64,000 nt of DNA from an uncultured bacterium (GCA_964396845.1 CAYNGH010000003.1:2992-66991); one strand, 5' to 3'; shown: positions 47,549 to 56,997, counted from the stretch's first letter. Notes: generated by a model from the letters alone, not told the origin. Numbers and translations: made by a program.

Positions 47549-49453
47549 TCACTTGGCGCTGTCGCCAATGGGAATCCACATGATATATTTTACCCAGTCA
47601 GGGGCCAACTCCATTATTCTTTCACCGCCAAACATGAAAACAAATATGTCCCGCAAAAGATACCTGGCATCCTGGGGGTTCTTAGCCTTGTCGATATAAT
47701 CAAACAACCTGTACTGAACAACAAGATACTCGCCCCTTCTTTCCTTCACCAGCCCCAGAGGAGTTGCCACCAGATTGGTTTCCGGATCAGACATGACCAC
47801 GATGGGCTCTATGCTCATTTCCTTTTCCCGAACCTTCACCAGCAGAGATCGGATACCGAAGTCCGACAGCCTCCCCTCAAACTGCTGTGGGGTGAACTCC
47901 CGGAATATGTGGTGCCATTGCCGGGGAAGCCTGAAGTTCATCATATGCCGGGCGGGTTCGTATTCCTTGTAAACCGGGGTAAAGGGCATGGACATATTGC
48001 TCTGGGAGTCATGTTCAAAAAATATCACCCGGCCTCCTTCGGCTACATAGGATCGAATCAAATAATTAAAATTGCGGATTGTTTCCGCAGCCCCCGGAGC
48101 AACCACCAGCAACCTGGGCAGAGATCTCCTCCCCTGCTGAAGATTTTCAATCTCCCTGGTCAGTATTTCCTGGCTGAAAGGGATAAAGTCAATCCCTAAT
48201 TCAGATAAAACCCCGGAAATTTTTTTCCCGGCCCGTCTTCCCTCTGCTAAAATTACTGTGGTATTAAAACTGGGCCGTAGTTTCTGGAAAAGAACTATTC
48301 GAATGCCGAAGTAGCCCATCAGAAGATAAACCAGAGTCAGGATTACAGCAAGACGTGCCCTGGCGGGATCCGCCACATCAGGAACAAGATCCTGGGGGGT
48401 TTTCCCCGGAACATAGGAATCACCCTTGAAACCGGTAATCTCATCGATGGGGATATTATATCGGATATTAAACAAATCCCCCTGTATCACTGGTTTGCGG
48501 TCAATCTCAATGTGAAAGCTCTTAAATATCCATCCCCCGTCTTCAAAATGCTCAAAATTGTCATATTCCGCCCGGGCATAAAGTTTGCCCATGGGATCCA
48601 GCAGGTCTATCCGCCGGATGTAACGATTGTCGTCGTTGGACACATAAAGCTTGAAATGCCCATAATCATTGCTTTTAACATCCACGATGACTATCTGATG
48701 ATCCCCCATCATGAACCGTCCCAGAAATTCTGTCTTCCACTGGGGATCCCTGACCTTGATGTAAAAGGGAAAGACAAGATGCATGGGGTTGTCCCGGTTG
48801 AAAACAACATTGTTGTCACTGTCCACTGATTCCGCTCTGGTGTATGCGGTAATAACTCGACGGCTCTCCATCTCTTCTTCGGGGATGGGAATCTTTTTAA
48901 TGGGAATGGTCTGGCGAACCCCTAAAGATGGCCTGGGTCTTTGCCGGGGAGTCGGCTGTTCGTCTTTCTTAAGAGAAGGAACCAGCTCCACAAAATCGTT
49001 CTTTAACCTGAGCAGGTAACCATCCTGGCTGAAGAAATTAAAAAAATAGCCTCCTTCCGGGCTGGCAAAAAGCAGGATGTTAAAAACCCTGGGATGCCGG
49101 TGAAAATTGATTATCCCCACAGGCCGGGTAAACCGGATATCTTCATGGGGGGGCAGTATCCCCCTCATCAGGAAAGGATGCTTCCGCACCGTCAACAGGT
49201 CTGCTTCCATGCTCTGGATATTGTCATTGGCCTGGAAAATCTCCTGAATGATTGTATCGGGATCCTTCTCATAATCCTCATCATCAGCCAGTGCCGGAGA
49301 AACGGAAAAAAGAAAGAAGGCCAGCAGGCATATAAACACCAGAAAGCAGAAAGTCTGGAAACCCCGGGGCTTCAGTGTTGTTGATTGTCCTCTCCACAAA
49401 GGCAAAATAAAGAACACCTTTCTTCTTGCAGCTACATAAAAGCAACCCGGCAA
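47549..49453 (-). CDS. single-pass (bitopic) membrane protein, paralogue 2 of tandem pair (periplasmic N-domain / TM / cytoplasmic domain)
   Basis: 634 aa; shares with the upstream gene the blocks VILAEGRRAGKKISGVLSELGIDFIPF, GGRVIFFEH, MPFTPVY, GEYLVVQYRL. Confidence 0.55.
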   Translation of the reverse strand: MPGCFYVAARRKVFFILPLWRGQSTTLKPRGFQTFCFLVFICLLAFFLFSVSPALADDEDYEKDPDTIIQEIFQANDNIQSMEADLLTVRKHPFLMRGILPPHEDIRFTRPVGIINFHRHPRVFNILLFASPEGGYFFNFFSQDGYLLRLKNDFVELVPSLKKDEQPTPRQRPRPSLGVRQTIPIKKIPIPEEEMESRRVITAYTRAESVDSDNNVVFNRDNPMHLVFPFYIKVRDPQWKTEFLGRFMMGDHQIVIVDVKSNDYGHFKLYVSNDDNRYIRRIDLLDPMGKLYARAEYDNFEHFEDGGWIFKSFHIEIDRKPVIQGDLFNIRYNIPIDEITGFKGDSYVPGKTPQDLVPDVADPARARLAVILTLVYLLMGYFGIRIVLFQKLRPSFNTTVILAEGRRAGKKISGVLSELGIDFIPFSQEILTREIENLQQGRRSLPRLLVVAPGAAETIRNFNYLIRSYVAEGGRVIFFEHDSQSNMSMPFTPVYKEYEPARHMMNFRLPRQWHHIFREFTPQQFEGRLSDFGIRSLLVKVREKEMSIEPIVVMSDPETNLVATPLGLVKERRGEYLVVQYRLFDYIDKAKNPQDARYLLRDIFVFMFGGERIMELAPDWVKYIMWIPIGDSAK

Positions 49454-49465
49454 TTAATGCCCGGG

Positions 49466-51349
49466 TCACTTCTCCTGCTCTTCTTCATCTTCCCCGGCAT
49501 CATTTTGTTTTACAGGCTGTTTTACTCCCATCATATCCATAAGCCAGGTGGGAGCGAACAACAGATTCTTTTCTTTGCCGAATATATATTCCAGCAGATC
49601 TCTTAGCATCTTTTCCGCAGTGGCCGAGGTGAACTTCAGCTTTACAATTGCCTCCAACAGACGATACTGGATGATCATATACTCACCCTTGCCCTCCCGG
49701 ACCATGCAGATAGAAGCCGCCGTCAGATTGGTTCTCTCGTTTACCACCACCAGGATGGGATCGATTTCCAGGTTCTCTTCATGGATCTTGGCAATAAGTT
49801 CATAGGGAAGGAAAGCAGTGGTCCTCTTCTGGATCTCCTCTGCGGATGTGAGCTTCCATATCTTTTCCCAGTTGGGCATAATCACATAAGTATTGTCGGG
49901 ATCTGACCGGTCAAGGGGAACAAAGGTGGGAGTGAAAGGCATATCCTGAGCCTGCTCAACCCCATGGTCAAAGAATACCACCCGGCCACCGTCCCGGACA
50001 TAGGTCTTGAGCAGGAAGTTATATCCCTTGGACTGAGAAGACATACCCGGCGCTACAAATACAACCCTGGGTCTTTTCTTCTTTTTGAAGTCCAGCAGTT
50101 CCCTCTCCTGGGTCAGTTTCTGGGGAGTGAAGGGAGTGAAATGAATTCCCAGCTTTTCAAACACCGGGGAAATCTTCTCTTCGGCTCGGTTCCCCTCCAC
50201 AAGGATAACCTCCCGGCTGAAGGCGGGACGTTCTGCCTTGTAGAACCAGTAACGGTAACCGATGATGACCAGAACCACCAGAAGGAACAGAACCAGGAAA
50301 ATCAGCCCCACTGTCAGGAAGGGGCCTCCCCGCCATATCTGATCATTCTTGTCAACCTTGGGAGCTTCAGTAGTCTGAGGTCTTTCCCTGGGTTCATCCT
50401 GGTTGCTCAACAGGGTTTTATCATTCAGAGTCGCCCGCAACACAGGAAGCCCGTGCATGTATATATCACATACAGTATAAAGTCGGCCCCCCTTGATGAA
50501 AGAATAAAAATTCCTGTAGGTGGCTCTGGCATAGACCAGGTCATCCCGATCCAGCCTTTCCACCTGGATTACATCCCGGTTCTCATCGGCGGTTATAAAA
50601 ATCCGGGACTTGCCGTAAGTGGGGCTGTCAATCTCAACCACATAGCATTCCATGTTCATCAGGGTCCGCTTCCCCATATAACGCATTTCCTGGGTCGCCT
50701 CAAAAGGCTTGAAGGCATAAGGAAAAAGCAGGTTCAGGGGGTTTTCTCTGTTGGAAACCAGGCTTCCGTCAGGATTATGATCAAAGAGAGTCAGGTTGTA
50801 TATGTTTTCATATTCAACCCCTTCACTGTCTTTTGGAATATGCACCCCTATCTCTTCAAAGCCCGGATTAAGGCGGAACTGGTAGCCATCAGTGCTGGTA
50901 AAAGTATAGAAATATCTCCCCCGGCCCCGGTCATACATTTGAAGCTGATATCTCTTGGGTGCCCGGACATAATGGATGTATGACTTGGCGTTAAGATAAC
51001 CTACTTCATCGAAGTGAGGCAGGACATTTCTCATGAAATCCGGGTTCAACCTGTCGATGGTAAGCTCCGACTCATAGCTGACAAAGCGGGCCTTCACATC
51101 CCATATCTCCTTGATCAGCTTGCCGGCATCAATCTCTTCTTCTTCGTCGGAATCCTCGGCTTCTTCAGTAACAACCGGTGTGGCATCCGCTTCAGGTTCA
51201 TCACCGGGGGGGCCGGATCCACACGATATGGCACAGGTCAACAGAAAAACCAACAGCAACAAAACCACCGGCACAAGTAATACCAGGCGGCATCTTCTCT
51301 CCCTGTCGGGGCTGCTGCTTCCCCTGTTGCAAAATATAGTCTGTATCAT
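49466..51349 (-). CDS. single-pass (bitopic) membrane protein, paralogue 1 of tandem pair
   Basis: 627 aa; signal/lipoprotein-like N-terminus, acidic linker, ~250-aa periplasmic domain, TM (FLTVGLIFLVLFLLVVLVIIGY), cytoplasmic domain with VILVEGNRAEEKISPVFEKLGIHFTPF, GGRVVFFDHG, MPFTPTF, GEYMIIQYRL. Confidence 0.55.
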   Translation of the reverse strand: MIQTIFCNRGSSSPDRERRCRLVLLVPVVLLLLVFLLTCAISCGSGPPGDEPEADATPVVTEEAEDSDEEEEIDAGKLIKEIWDVKARFVSYESELTIDRLNPDFMRNVLPHFDEVGYLNAKSYIHYVRAPKRYQLQMYDRGRGRYFYTFTSTDGYQFRLNPGFEEIGVHIPKDSEGVEYENIYNLTLFDHNPDGSLVSNRENPLNLLFPYAFKPFEATQEMRYMGKRTLMNMECYVVEIDSPTYGKSRIFITADENRDVIQVERLDRDDLVYARATYRNFYSFIKGGRLYTVCDIYMHGLPVLRATLNDKTLLSNQDEPRERPQTTEAPKVDKNDQIWRGGPFLTVGLIFLVLFLLVVLVIIGYRYWFYKAERPAFSREVILVEGNRAEEKISPVFEKLGIHFTPFTPQKLTQERELLDFKKKKRPRVVFVAPGMSSQSKGYNFLLKTYVRDGGRVVFFDHGVEQAQDMPFTPTFVPLDRSDPDNTYVIMPNWEKIWKLTSAEEIQKRTTAFLPYELIAKIHEENLEIDPILVVVNERTNLTAASICMVREGKGEYMIIQYRLLEAIVKLKFTSATAEKMLRDLLEYIFGKEKNLLFAPTWLMDMMGVKQPVKQNDAGEDEEEQEK

Positions 51350-51490
51350 AAATTATGGCTTGATAATTTATATTTTTATTTACATCCGTTGCCTGTTTCA
51401 CCTCAACATTTCGAAAAAACTCCCCCATGTCCTCTTTGTGCCCGGAAGAATGACCACAAGACGCCAGTTTTTCTTATGCTCCCATACATT

Positions 51491-51776
51491 GGTGTTCGGT
51501 TAAGCAATATAAGCTTGTAGCTGTGCCGTCTGGATGGGGTTTCTCCCGCTGTCTTTCTCCTGCTTCAGGGAGGTTTGCTCCATGTCGCCTCACAGATTCC
51601 TTTCCCTCCGGGATACGCCGTCCCTGGCGCGCCCGGAGCATCGGACATCGTGTCCGATGAAGGAATCCTGTGGACTCCCTGTCGCACTCCCTGGGCAGGA
51701 GAATAATGCGTTTCAAAACCCCAACCCTGACTGTCTGGACATTGATGGAGCAATGATTGCAATCTTAACCGAACAC
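51491..51776 (+). mobile_element. MITE-like non-autonomous element (~286 bp) with perfect 13-bp terminal inverted repeats GTGTTCGGTTAAG / CTTAACCGAACAC
   Basis: Left end ggTGTTCGGTTAAGc at 51491-51505, right end CTTAACCGAACAC at 51764-51776. Internal hairpins include ATCGGACA-tcg-TGTCCGAT and CACAGATTCCTT/AAGGAATCCTGTG. A ~90%-identical inverted copy lies at 57130-57358. Confidence 0.55.
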
Positions 51777-51926
51777 GGATGTGCCCCCATATTGTGTTTT
51801 GTTGCCAACAGGAGTAATTTGTATTACAATATCATGGAATATTTTAAAGAAAATTCAGTATTTTCCTGTGGGTGGGATGACTCACCCCAGTGAATGCAAT
51901 ACCCGGGCAGACCCTGATTTGAGAGG

Positions 51927-53771
51927 ATGATTCTTATGAAACGAGCCAGGTGCCTTCTGGGCATATTGATATTAGTCCTGGTGATTCTTTATCTGTCAGG
52001 AAAACCCGGCCCCGACAATAAAATTACCCCGGTCCCTGACAGCAACACCATTATCAACGATTTGTCCAGGAGTGATCAATCCCTGTGGGCAAAAGGTGAA
52101 TTTGTGGTGGACTTCAAGGATCAGACCACCTGGGATGAAATCAGGAAGCTGGAAGAAGCCCTTGGGGTGAATATGGAATATGTCAGCCCCCATTCTAAAA
52201 AAGCCCGAATTATGAGAGGATATGCCGGGGATAATATTTCTGAAGTTCTGGCCCGCTTAAAATCTGACCCCAGGGTAGAATATGCCGAGCCGGATTATTA
52301 CTACCATATCTTTGACTCGGACAAAATGGCAAATCCCAACGATCCATTTTATAAATACCAGTGGAACTTTGAAAAGATCAATGTCCGGGATGCCTGGAAC
52401 ATCAGCCGGGGCGACGGGGTAACCGTTGCGGTGATTGATACCGGGGTGGCATTTCGGGATCACGGCCGGTTCCACCGCCTGGAGGACCTGGAAAACACAA
52501 GGTTTGTAAAGGGATACGACTTCATCCACAACAACAACCTGCCCCTGGATGATCATGGCCACGGAAGTCATGTGGCCGGCACAATTGCTCAGTCCACCAA
52601 CAACGGCAAGGGTGTCGCCGGGATAGCCTACAATGCCCGGATAATGCCCCTGAAGGTGCTCTCCGCCAACGGCTACGGGCGCACTTCGGACATTGCCGAT
52701 GCGGTTCGATATGCTGCAGATAACGGTGCTCAGGTGATAAACATGAGCCTCGGGGGATCCTTCCCCAGCCTTGTGTTAAAATCTGCCTGTGACTATGCCT
52801 GGAAAAAGGGAGTGGTGATAGTCTGCGCCGCGGGCAACTCCAGCACATCCCGCCCCAGCTATCCCGCAGCTTTTTCCTCGTGTTTGTCGGTTTCCGCCAC
52901 CCGCTATGATGACAAGTTAGCGCCTTATTCAAACCGAGGGCCTTTCATCGACATCGCCGCACCGGGTGGAGATACCACAGTGGATCAGAACAACGACGGC
53001 AAGCCCGACGGTATAATGCAGAACACCATAATGATAGGAAACCCGGAAAAAGAAGGATATTATATCTTCCAGGGCACTTCCATGGCTTCTCCCCACGTGG
53101 CGGGAATTGCAGCAATGCTGATTTCCGCGGGAGTCGGGAACAACCGGGAAGTGGTTTCCATCCTCAAAAAAACCGCCCGCCGGGACGGGCTTCCCTTAAA
53201 AGAAGGATACGGAGCGGGGATTGTCGATGCCCGGAAAGCCCTGATTCATGCCACAGTAAACCGGGGCTGGATGAAACTGGGGGTGGCGATTATTGTGGTG
53301 GTAGTATTGATTCTTCTGCTGGGAAGCACATCCGCCAATAAAATTATCTACTCCCCCTTGTTCTATATTTCATGGCTTTTTGGATCCACGGGTCTTTTCT
53401 TCCTGCCGGCCATAATTGCAAAGCCCTTCCCCGGAATGGAGCTGTTAACCAGAGGATTTACCCGCTGGGATTTCCTGATTTCAGGGCCTGGCCCTCACAA
53501 CCCCCTGTTTTTAAGCATTCTGGCCCCGGTGATCCTTTCAGTGCTACTGTATAAAACCCCCTGGCAGAACCTGGCGGCAGGATTCACCACTGGTGTGGCG
53601 GGTGCTATTCTGTGGGCACTGCTGTTCTCCAGAGCTGATGTGGCGTGGATTCCCGGCACCCTGATTCTGGATAAACTGTGGCTGATTATTAATTTTGCCG
53701 GGGGTTTGTTTCTGGCATATCTGGTAATCACACCGGGAGAGAAAAAACAATGCCCAGGGGAGGCTGAATAA
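51927..53771 (+). CDS. subtilisin-family (S8) serine peptidase fused to a C-terminal polytopic membrane domain
   Basis: Signal anchor, I9-like propeptide, catalytic motifs VAVIDTGV (Asp), HGHGSHVAGTIA (His), GTSMASPHVAG (Ser). Residues ~445-614 form 5-6 TM helices. Confidence 0.8.
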   Translation: MILMKRARCLLGILILVLVILYLSGKPGPDNKITPVPDSNTIINDLSRSDQSLWAKGEFVVDFKDQTTWDEIRKLEEALGVNMEYVSPHSKKARIMRGYAGDNISEVLARLKSDPRVEYAEPDYYYHIFDSDKMANPNDPFYKYQWNFEKINVRDAWNISRGDGVTVAVIDTGVAFRDHGRFHRLEDLENTRFVKGYDFIHNNNLPLDDHGHGSHVAGTIAQSTNNGKGVAGIAYNARIMPLKVLSANGYGRTSDIADAVRYAADNGAQVINMSLGGSFPSLVLKSACDYAWKKGVVIVCAAGNSSTSRPSYPAAFSSCLSVSATRYDDKLAPYSNRGPFIDIAAPGGDTTVDQNNDGKPDGIMQNTIMIGNPEKEGYYIFQGTSMASPHVAGIAAMLISAGVGNNREVVSILKKTARRDGLPLKEGYGAGIVDARKALIHATVNRGWMKLGVAIIVVVVLILLLGSTSANKIIYSPLFYISWLFGSTGLFFLPAIIAKPFPGMELLTRGFTRWDFLISGPGPHNPLFLSILAPVILSVLLYKTPWQNLAAGFTTGVAGAILWALLFSRADVAWIPGTLILDKLWLIINFAGGLFLAYLVITPGEKKQCPGEAE

Positions 53772-53989
53772 TGTTCGAAAAATCATTGAAGGGAACCGTG
53801 AAAAAACGCGAGGTTGAAGGCGGAGTCTGGGTGTTGGAAACCGAGGACAAGAAAATATACCAGCTCAAGGACGGCCCGGCGGATCTTTATCAGGACGGGG
53901 TGAAGGTTACCCTTGAAGGAAAGGTTCGAAAAGACCTGATGGGTTTCGGTATGTCCGGCCCCATTTTTGAAGTTAAAAAAGTCCGCTGA
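53771..53989 (+). CDS. small DUF5818-like beta-barrel protein
   Basis: 72 aa; pattern VEGGVWVLETEDKKIYQL..G....L..DGVKVTLEGKVRKD......G.IFEV as I recall for DUF5818. Start overlaps the S8 gene stop (translational coupling). Confidence 0.45.
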   Translation: MFEKSLKGTVKKREVEGGVWVLETEDKKIYQLKDGPADLYQDGVKVTLEGKVRKDLMGFGMSGPIFEVKKVR

Positions 53990-54056
53990 TTTTTTAGCCG
54001 GTGAACCGGCATTGCCGGGCTTTTGTTCAGCTTCCGGCGTAAGCTGACATGAGCCG

Positions 54057-55058
54057 TCAGCCTTTTGCCCCGTTTTGCAACAGCAGTTCTGCTATCTTTT
54101 CATGCCTTTCGTTAACTGCCAGCTGATAAGGAGTCTGGCCGATAAGATCCCTGGCGTTGACTTTGGCCCCTTTTTTTACAAGCATCCGGGCAATCTCCAG
54201 ATCGCCTTCCTTGGCAGCATAATGAAGAGGAGTGCGATCCACCTTGTCCCGGGTATTCACCTTTGCCCCCCGAATCATCAGCAAACGGGCAACCCCGGTT
54301 TCACCGTTGGCCGCGGCACAGTGAAGAGGAGTGCGATCCACCTTGTTCCGGGCGTTCATATCCGCATCCAGGGCCAGGAGTATCGCTGCCACTTCCTTTC
54401 CGCTGGCCATGTGCAGAGGAGTATCCCCGTTGTTGTCCCGGGCGTTCACATCGGCACCGCAGGAAATCAGCATATCTGCAGCCTCGGGGTTTCCCATCAT
54501 GGATGCCCGGTGCAAGGGATTGCATCCATCCCGATCCCTGACATTGCAGTCGGCTCCCTTATCGATGAGTTTGGCGATAACCCGGGTCAGCCCCATCAGC
54601 GCGGCAATATGCATAAGAGTACTGCCACTGTCATCAAGATCATTAATATTAAAACCCCTGGTTAAGAGATACAGGGCCACTTCCTCATGGCCTGTTCTCA
54701 AAGCCCAGCGAAGAGGAGTGTTGCCGAATTTATCCCGGCGATCAAGATTGGCCCGCTTTTCCACCAGCATCCTTGCCACCTCGGGACTGGTGGCCACATG
54801 AAGAGGCGTACGTCCGTCGGTGTCGGTGGCATCCACATCGGCACCGCCCCACAGCAAGGCTTCAGTTATGGCAGGAAATCCCGCCACCGAGGCAAGATGC
54901 AGGGGGCTATATCCCTGGGAGTCCCTCAGGTTCACCAGGCTTTCGTTTTTTAACAACAGGGTTTTTATGCGGTCAGGATTACCTCCGGTTACAATCTCTT
55001 CCCTCAGCTCCTGACTGTCGCTCCTGTTGAACATACCAAACATCAGCACACCCCCCAT
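54057..55058 (-). CDS. ankyrin-repeat protein (~9 ANK repeats)
   Basis: Repeated G-x-TPLH-x-A-x-x-G 33-aa units (GYSPLHLASVAG, GRTPLHVATS, GNTPLRWALRTGH, GSTLMHIAALMG, GCNPLHRASMMG, GDTPLHMASG, RTPLHCAAANGE, RTPLHYAAKEGD, GQTPYQLAV). Confidence 0.8.
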   Translation of the reverse strand: MGGVLMFGMFNRSDSQELREEIVTGGNPDRIKTLLLKNESLVNLRDSQGYSPLHLASVAGFPAITEALLWGGADVDATDTDGRTPLHVATSPEVARMLVEKRANLDRRDKFGNTPLRWALRTGHEEVALYLLTRGFNINDLDDSGSTLMHIAALMGLTRVIAKLIDKGADCNVRDRDGCNPLHRASMMGNPEAADMLISCGADVNARDNNGDTPLHMASGKEVAAILLALDADMNARNKVDRTPLHCAAANGETGVARLLMIRGAKVNTRDKVDRTPLHYAAKEGDLEIARMLVKKGAKVNARDLIGQTPYQLAVNERHEKIAELLLQNGAKG

Positions 55059-55089
55059 TTACCTTACTGCACAACTGCAATGCCTGCCA

Positions 55090-55773
55090 TCACATATCCA
55101 TCATCTTTCTGATGGTTGAAGGAACCTCGTCCCGGAGGGACTGATCCCCTGACAGAGCATCGCTGATATGTTTCCTGCCCATATCTTCCTTGCCTGACTC
55201 CACCAGGGATATCCCCAGAAACAGCCTGGCCCGGTTGTCGCCGGGGTCAAGCCTGAGAGCCTCTTCAAAGCATTTTTTTGCTTCCTCGAAACGATATAGC
55301 TTCACCAGGGCATAGCCTTTGTATTTATATGCCCGGATATAATCCGAATCTTTTTTGATGGCGGTGTCAAAACTCTTGATGGAATCATCATGCTGACCGG
55401 CCCGCCCCTGAGCATAACCCAGATTGAACCATATGTCCGGGGAATCAGGCAACGCTGCCAGGGCCTTGCGATAAGTCCCCAGGGCATAATTGAACTTGCC
55501 TGTATCAAGATATACATTGGATATCATAACCCAGGCATCGATGTTGGTCTTGTCGATTTCCACCGCCTTCTGAAGCAGGGGCATCCCGCTGTTGATGTCC
55601 CCTTTTTCCAGCAAGGCCGCTCCCCTCTGGACAAGATCCCTGGAACGGGTTGCAGGATCCGTGGTTTCCGGCTGGGCCTGACAGAAGCCATGAGTTGCAG
55701 TTAATGCCAGAAAGACCGTCAATATGGCAATTACCCTGATTGATGTGTTACAGATTATACTAAAATCTTTCAA
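55090..55773 (-). CDS. TPR-repeat secreted/lipoprotein
   Basis: Signal peptide VIAILTVFLALTATHGFC, then 4-5 TPR units. Confidence 0.65.
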   Translation of the reverse strand: MKDFSIICNTSIRVIAILTVFLALTATHGFCQAQPETTDPATRSRDLVQRGAALLEKGDINSGMPLLQKAVEIDKTNIDAWVMISNVYLDTGKFNYALGTYRKALAALPDSPDIWFNLGYAQGRAGQHDDSIKSFDTAIKKDSDYIRAYKYKGYALVKLYRFEEAKKCFEEALRLDPGDNRARLFLGISLVESGKEDMGRKHISDALSGDQSLRDEVPSTIRKMMDM

Positions 55774-55791
55774 TTCAAATACCTCCGGTGG

Positions 55792-56997
55792 TTATATTCT
55801 GGTAGATTCCGACCGAGCGCCGATAACTCTGCCGGGACATCCTTCCATCACACAGCCCGGCGCAACATTGCGATCCACCGATGTGCCCGGCGCAACAATC
55901 ACATTATCGCCAATCTCGATATTAGGGGATACAGCTCCGCCAATACCGATGAGAACCCCACGGCCAATTCTTACCATCCCTCCCAGGTGAGATCCCGGCG
56001 CCATGTGGGAAAACTCCCCCAGCCGGCAATCATGGCTGATGGAACAGTTCTGGGTGATAAAAGTCCCCCGGCTTATGGTACTGCGGATTGACACCAACGA
56101 ATGAGCCTCCACCACACAACCATCTTCAATAAGGGCATTTTTGGATATACAAGCCCTGGGATGAATAGCGGATATGGGCTTCAGCCCTGCATCGACAGCC
56201 CTTTGAAAAAGCTGTGCCCTCAGATGAGGCTCCCCCACCGATACAATAAAATTATTCACTCCCCGGCGGGCAATTTCTGCCAGCATATTAGTCCTGCCCA
56301 ACACCGGCAGACCGTCAATCTTTTTTCCGTCAAGGGCAGGATTATCATCCAGGTAACCTTCAATCTCCAGCTTTTCAATTTTTTCCAGAATCTCCCGGAT
56401 AACCCCGGAATACTGTCCGGCGCCGATTATGACGCACTTGCGGGGCCTGCTGGAAAAGAGAATATAGGTTTCCACATCTTCATGGGTGATGGTGTCCCCC
56501 CGGGAAGGCTTGATGTCCGCCAGGTTTATTCCCGCCTGACGCGCTCTCCGCCGTGCCCTGGGTGATGCCTTGATCCCGGGAGCTTCTGAAGAGTGCATAG
56601 GGGCATGCATCATCCGTTGAATCTCCATGGTGGCGGGGCCTGGCTCTCCCTGATCATCGGCGGCAACCGGCTCCTCCAGTTCTTTTGATTCAACTTCAGG
56701 GATTTTCTGTGCATCCTTTCGCCGGGCTATCTCGTCCAACAGCCCCCGGATATTTTCATCTTTCCCCCCGATAATCCCCACCGCCTCTGCAATGGGAACC
56801 CTGGCACCCTCTCCGGCAATGATTTTCTTGAGTATTCCCCGGTTTTCTGCTTCCACCTCGACGGAAGCCTTATCGGTTACCATCTCGAAAAGGGGATCCC
56901 CGATATCCACCGGCTGACCTTCACCCACAAACCAGTGGACAATCCTGCCCTGGGTCATGTTGGCACCAAGTTTTGGAAGGAAAATTTCATATGCCAT
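55792..56997 (-). CDS. fusion protein: lipoyl domain + E3-binding (PSBD) domain + NeuD/PglD-type left-handed beta-helix sugar N/O-acetyltransferase
   Basis: From MAYEIFLPKLGANMTQGRIVHWFVGEGQPVDIGDPLFEMVTDKASVEVE (lipoyl-lysine TDKA context). Then ASPRARRRARQAGINLADIKPSRGDTITHEDV (peripheral subunit-binding domain). Then KCVIIGAGQYSGVIREIL...LDDN (NeuD N-terminal Rossmann-like part). Then repeated hexapeptides (IGRGVLIGIGGAVSPNIEIGDNVIVAPGTSV). RBS GGAGA 7 nt upstream. Confidence 0.7.
   Translation of the reverse strand: MAYEIFLPKLGANMTQGRIVHWFVGEGQPVDIGDPLFEMVTDKASVEVEAENRGILKKIIAGEGARVPIAEAVGIIGGKDENIRGLLDEIARRKDAQKIPEVESKELEEPVAADDQGEPGPATMEIQRMMHAPMHSSEAPGIKASPRARRRARQAGINLADIKPSRGDTITHEDVETYILFSSRPRKCVIIGAGQYSGVIREILEKIEKLEIEGYLDDNPALDGKKIDGLPVLGRTNMLAEIARRGVNNFIVSVGEPHLRAQLFQRAVDAGLKPISAIHPRACISKNALIEDGCVVEAHSLVSIRSTISRGTFITQNCSISHDCRLGEFSHMAPGSHLGGMVRIGRGVLIGIGGAVSPNIEIGDNVIVAPGTSVDRNVAPGCVMEGCPGRVIGARSESTRI

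Noticed and set aside
51534-51893. Short ORFs overlapping the repeat copies (51534..51893 +, 51565..51762 -, 57099..57326 -, 57036..57335 +)
   Set aside because: They lie inside the MITE-like repeats. Comparing the two copies, ~11 nucleotide substitutions yield ~9 amino-acid replacements in the shared frame, so there is no purifying selection on coding. I treat them as non-coding.
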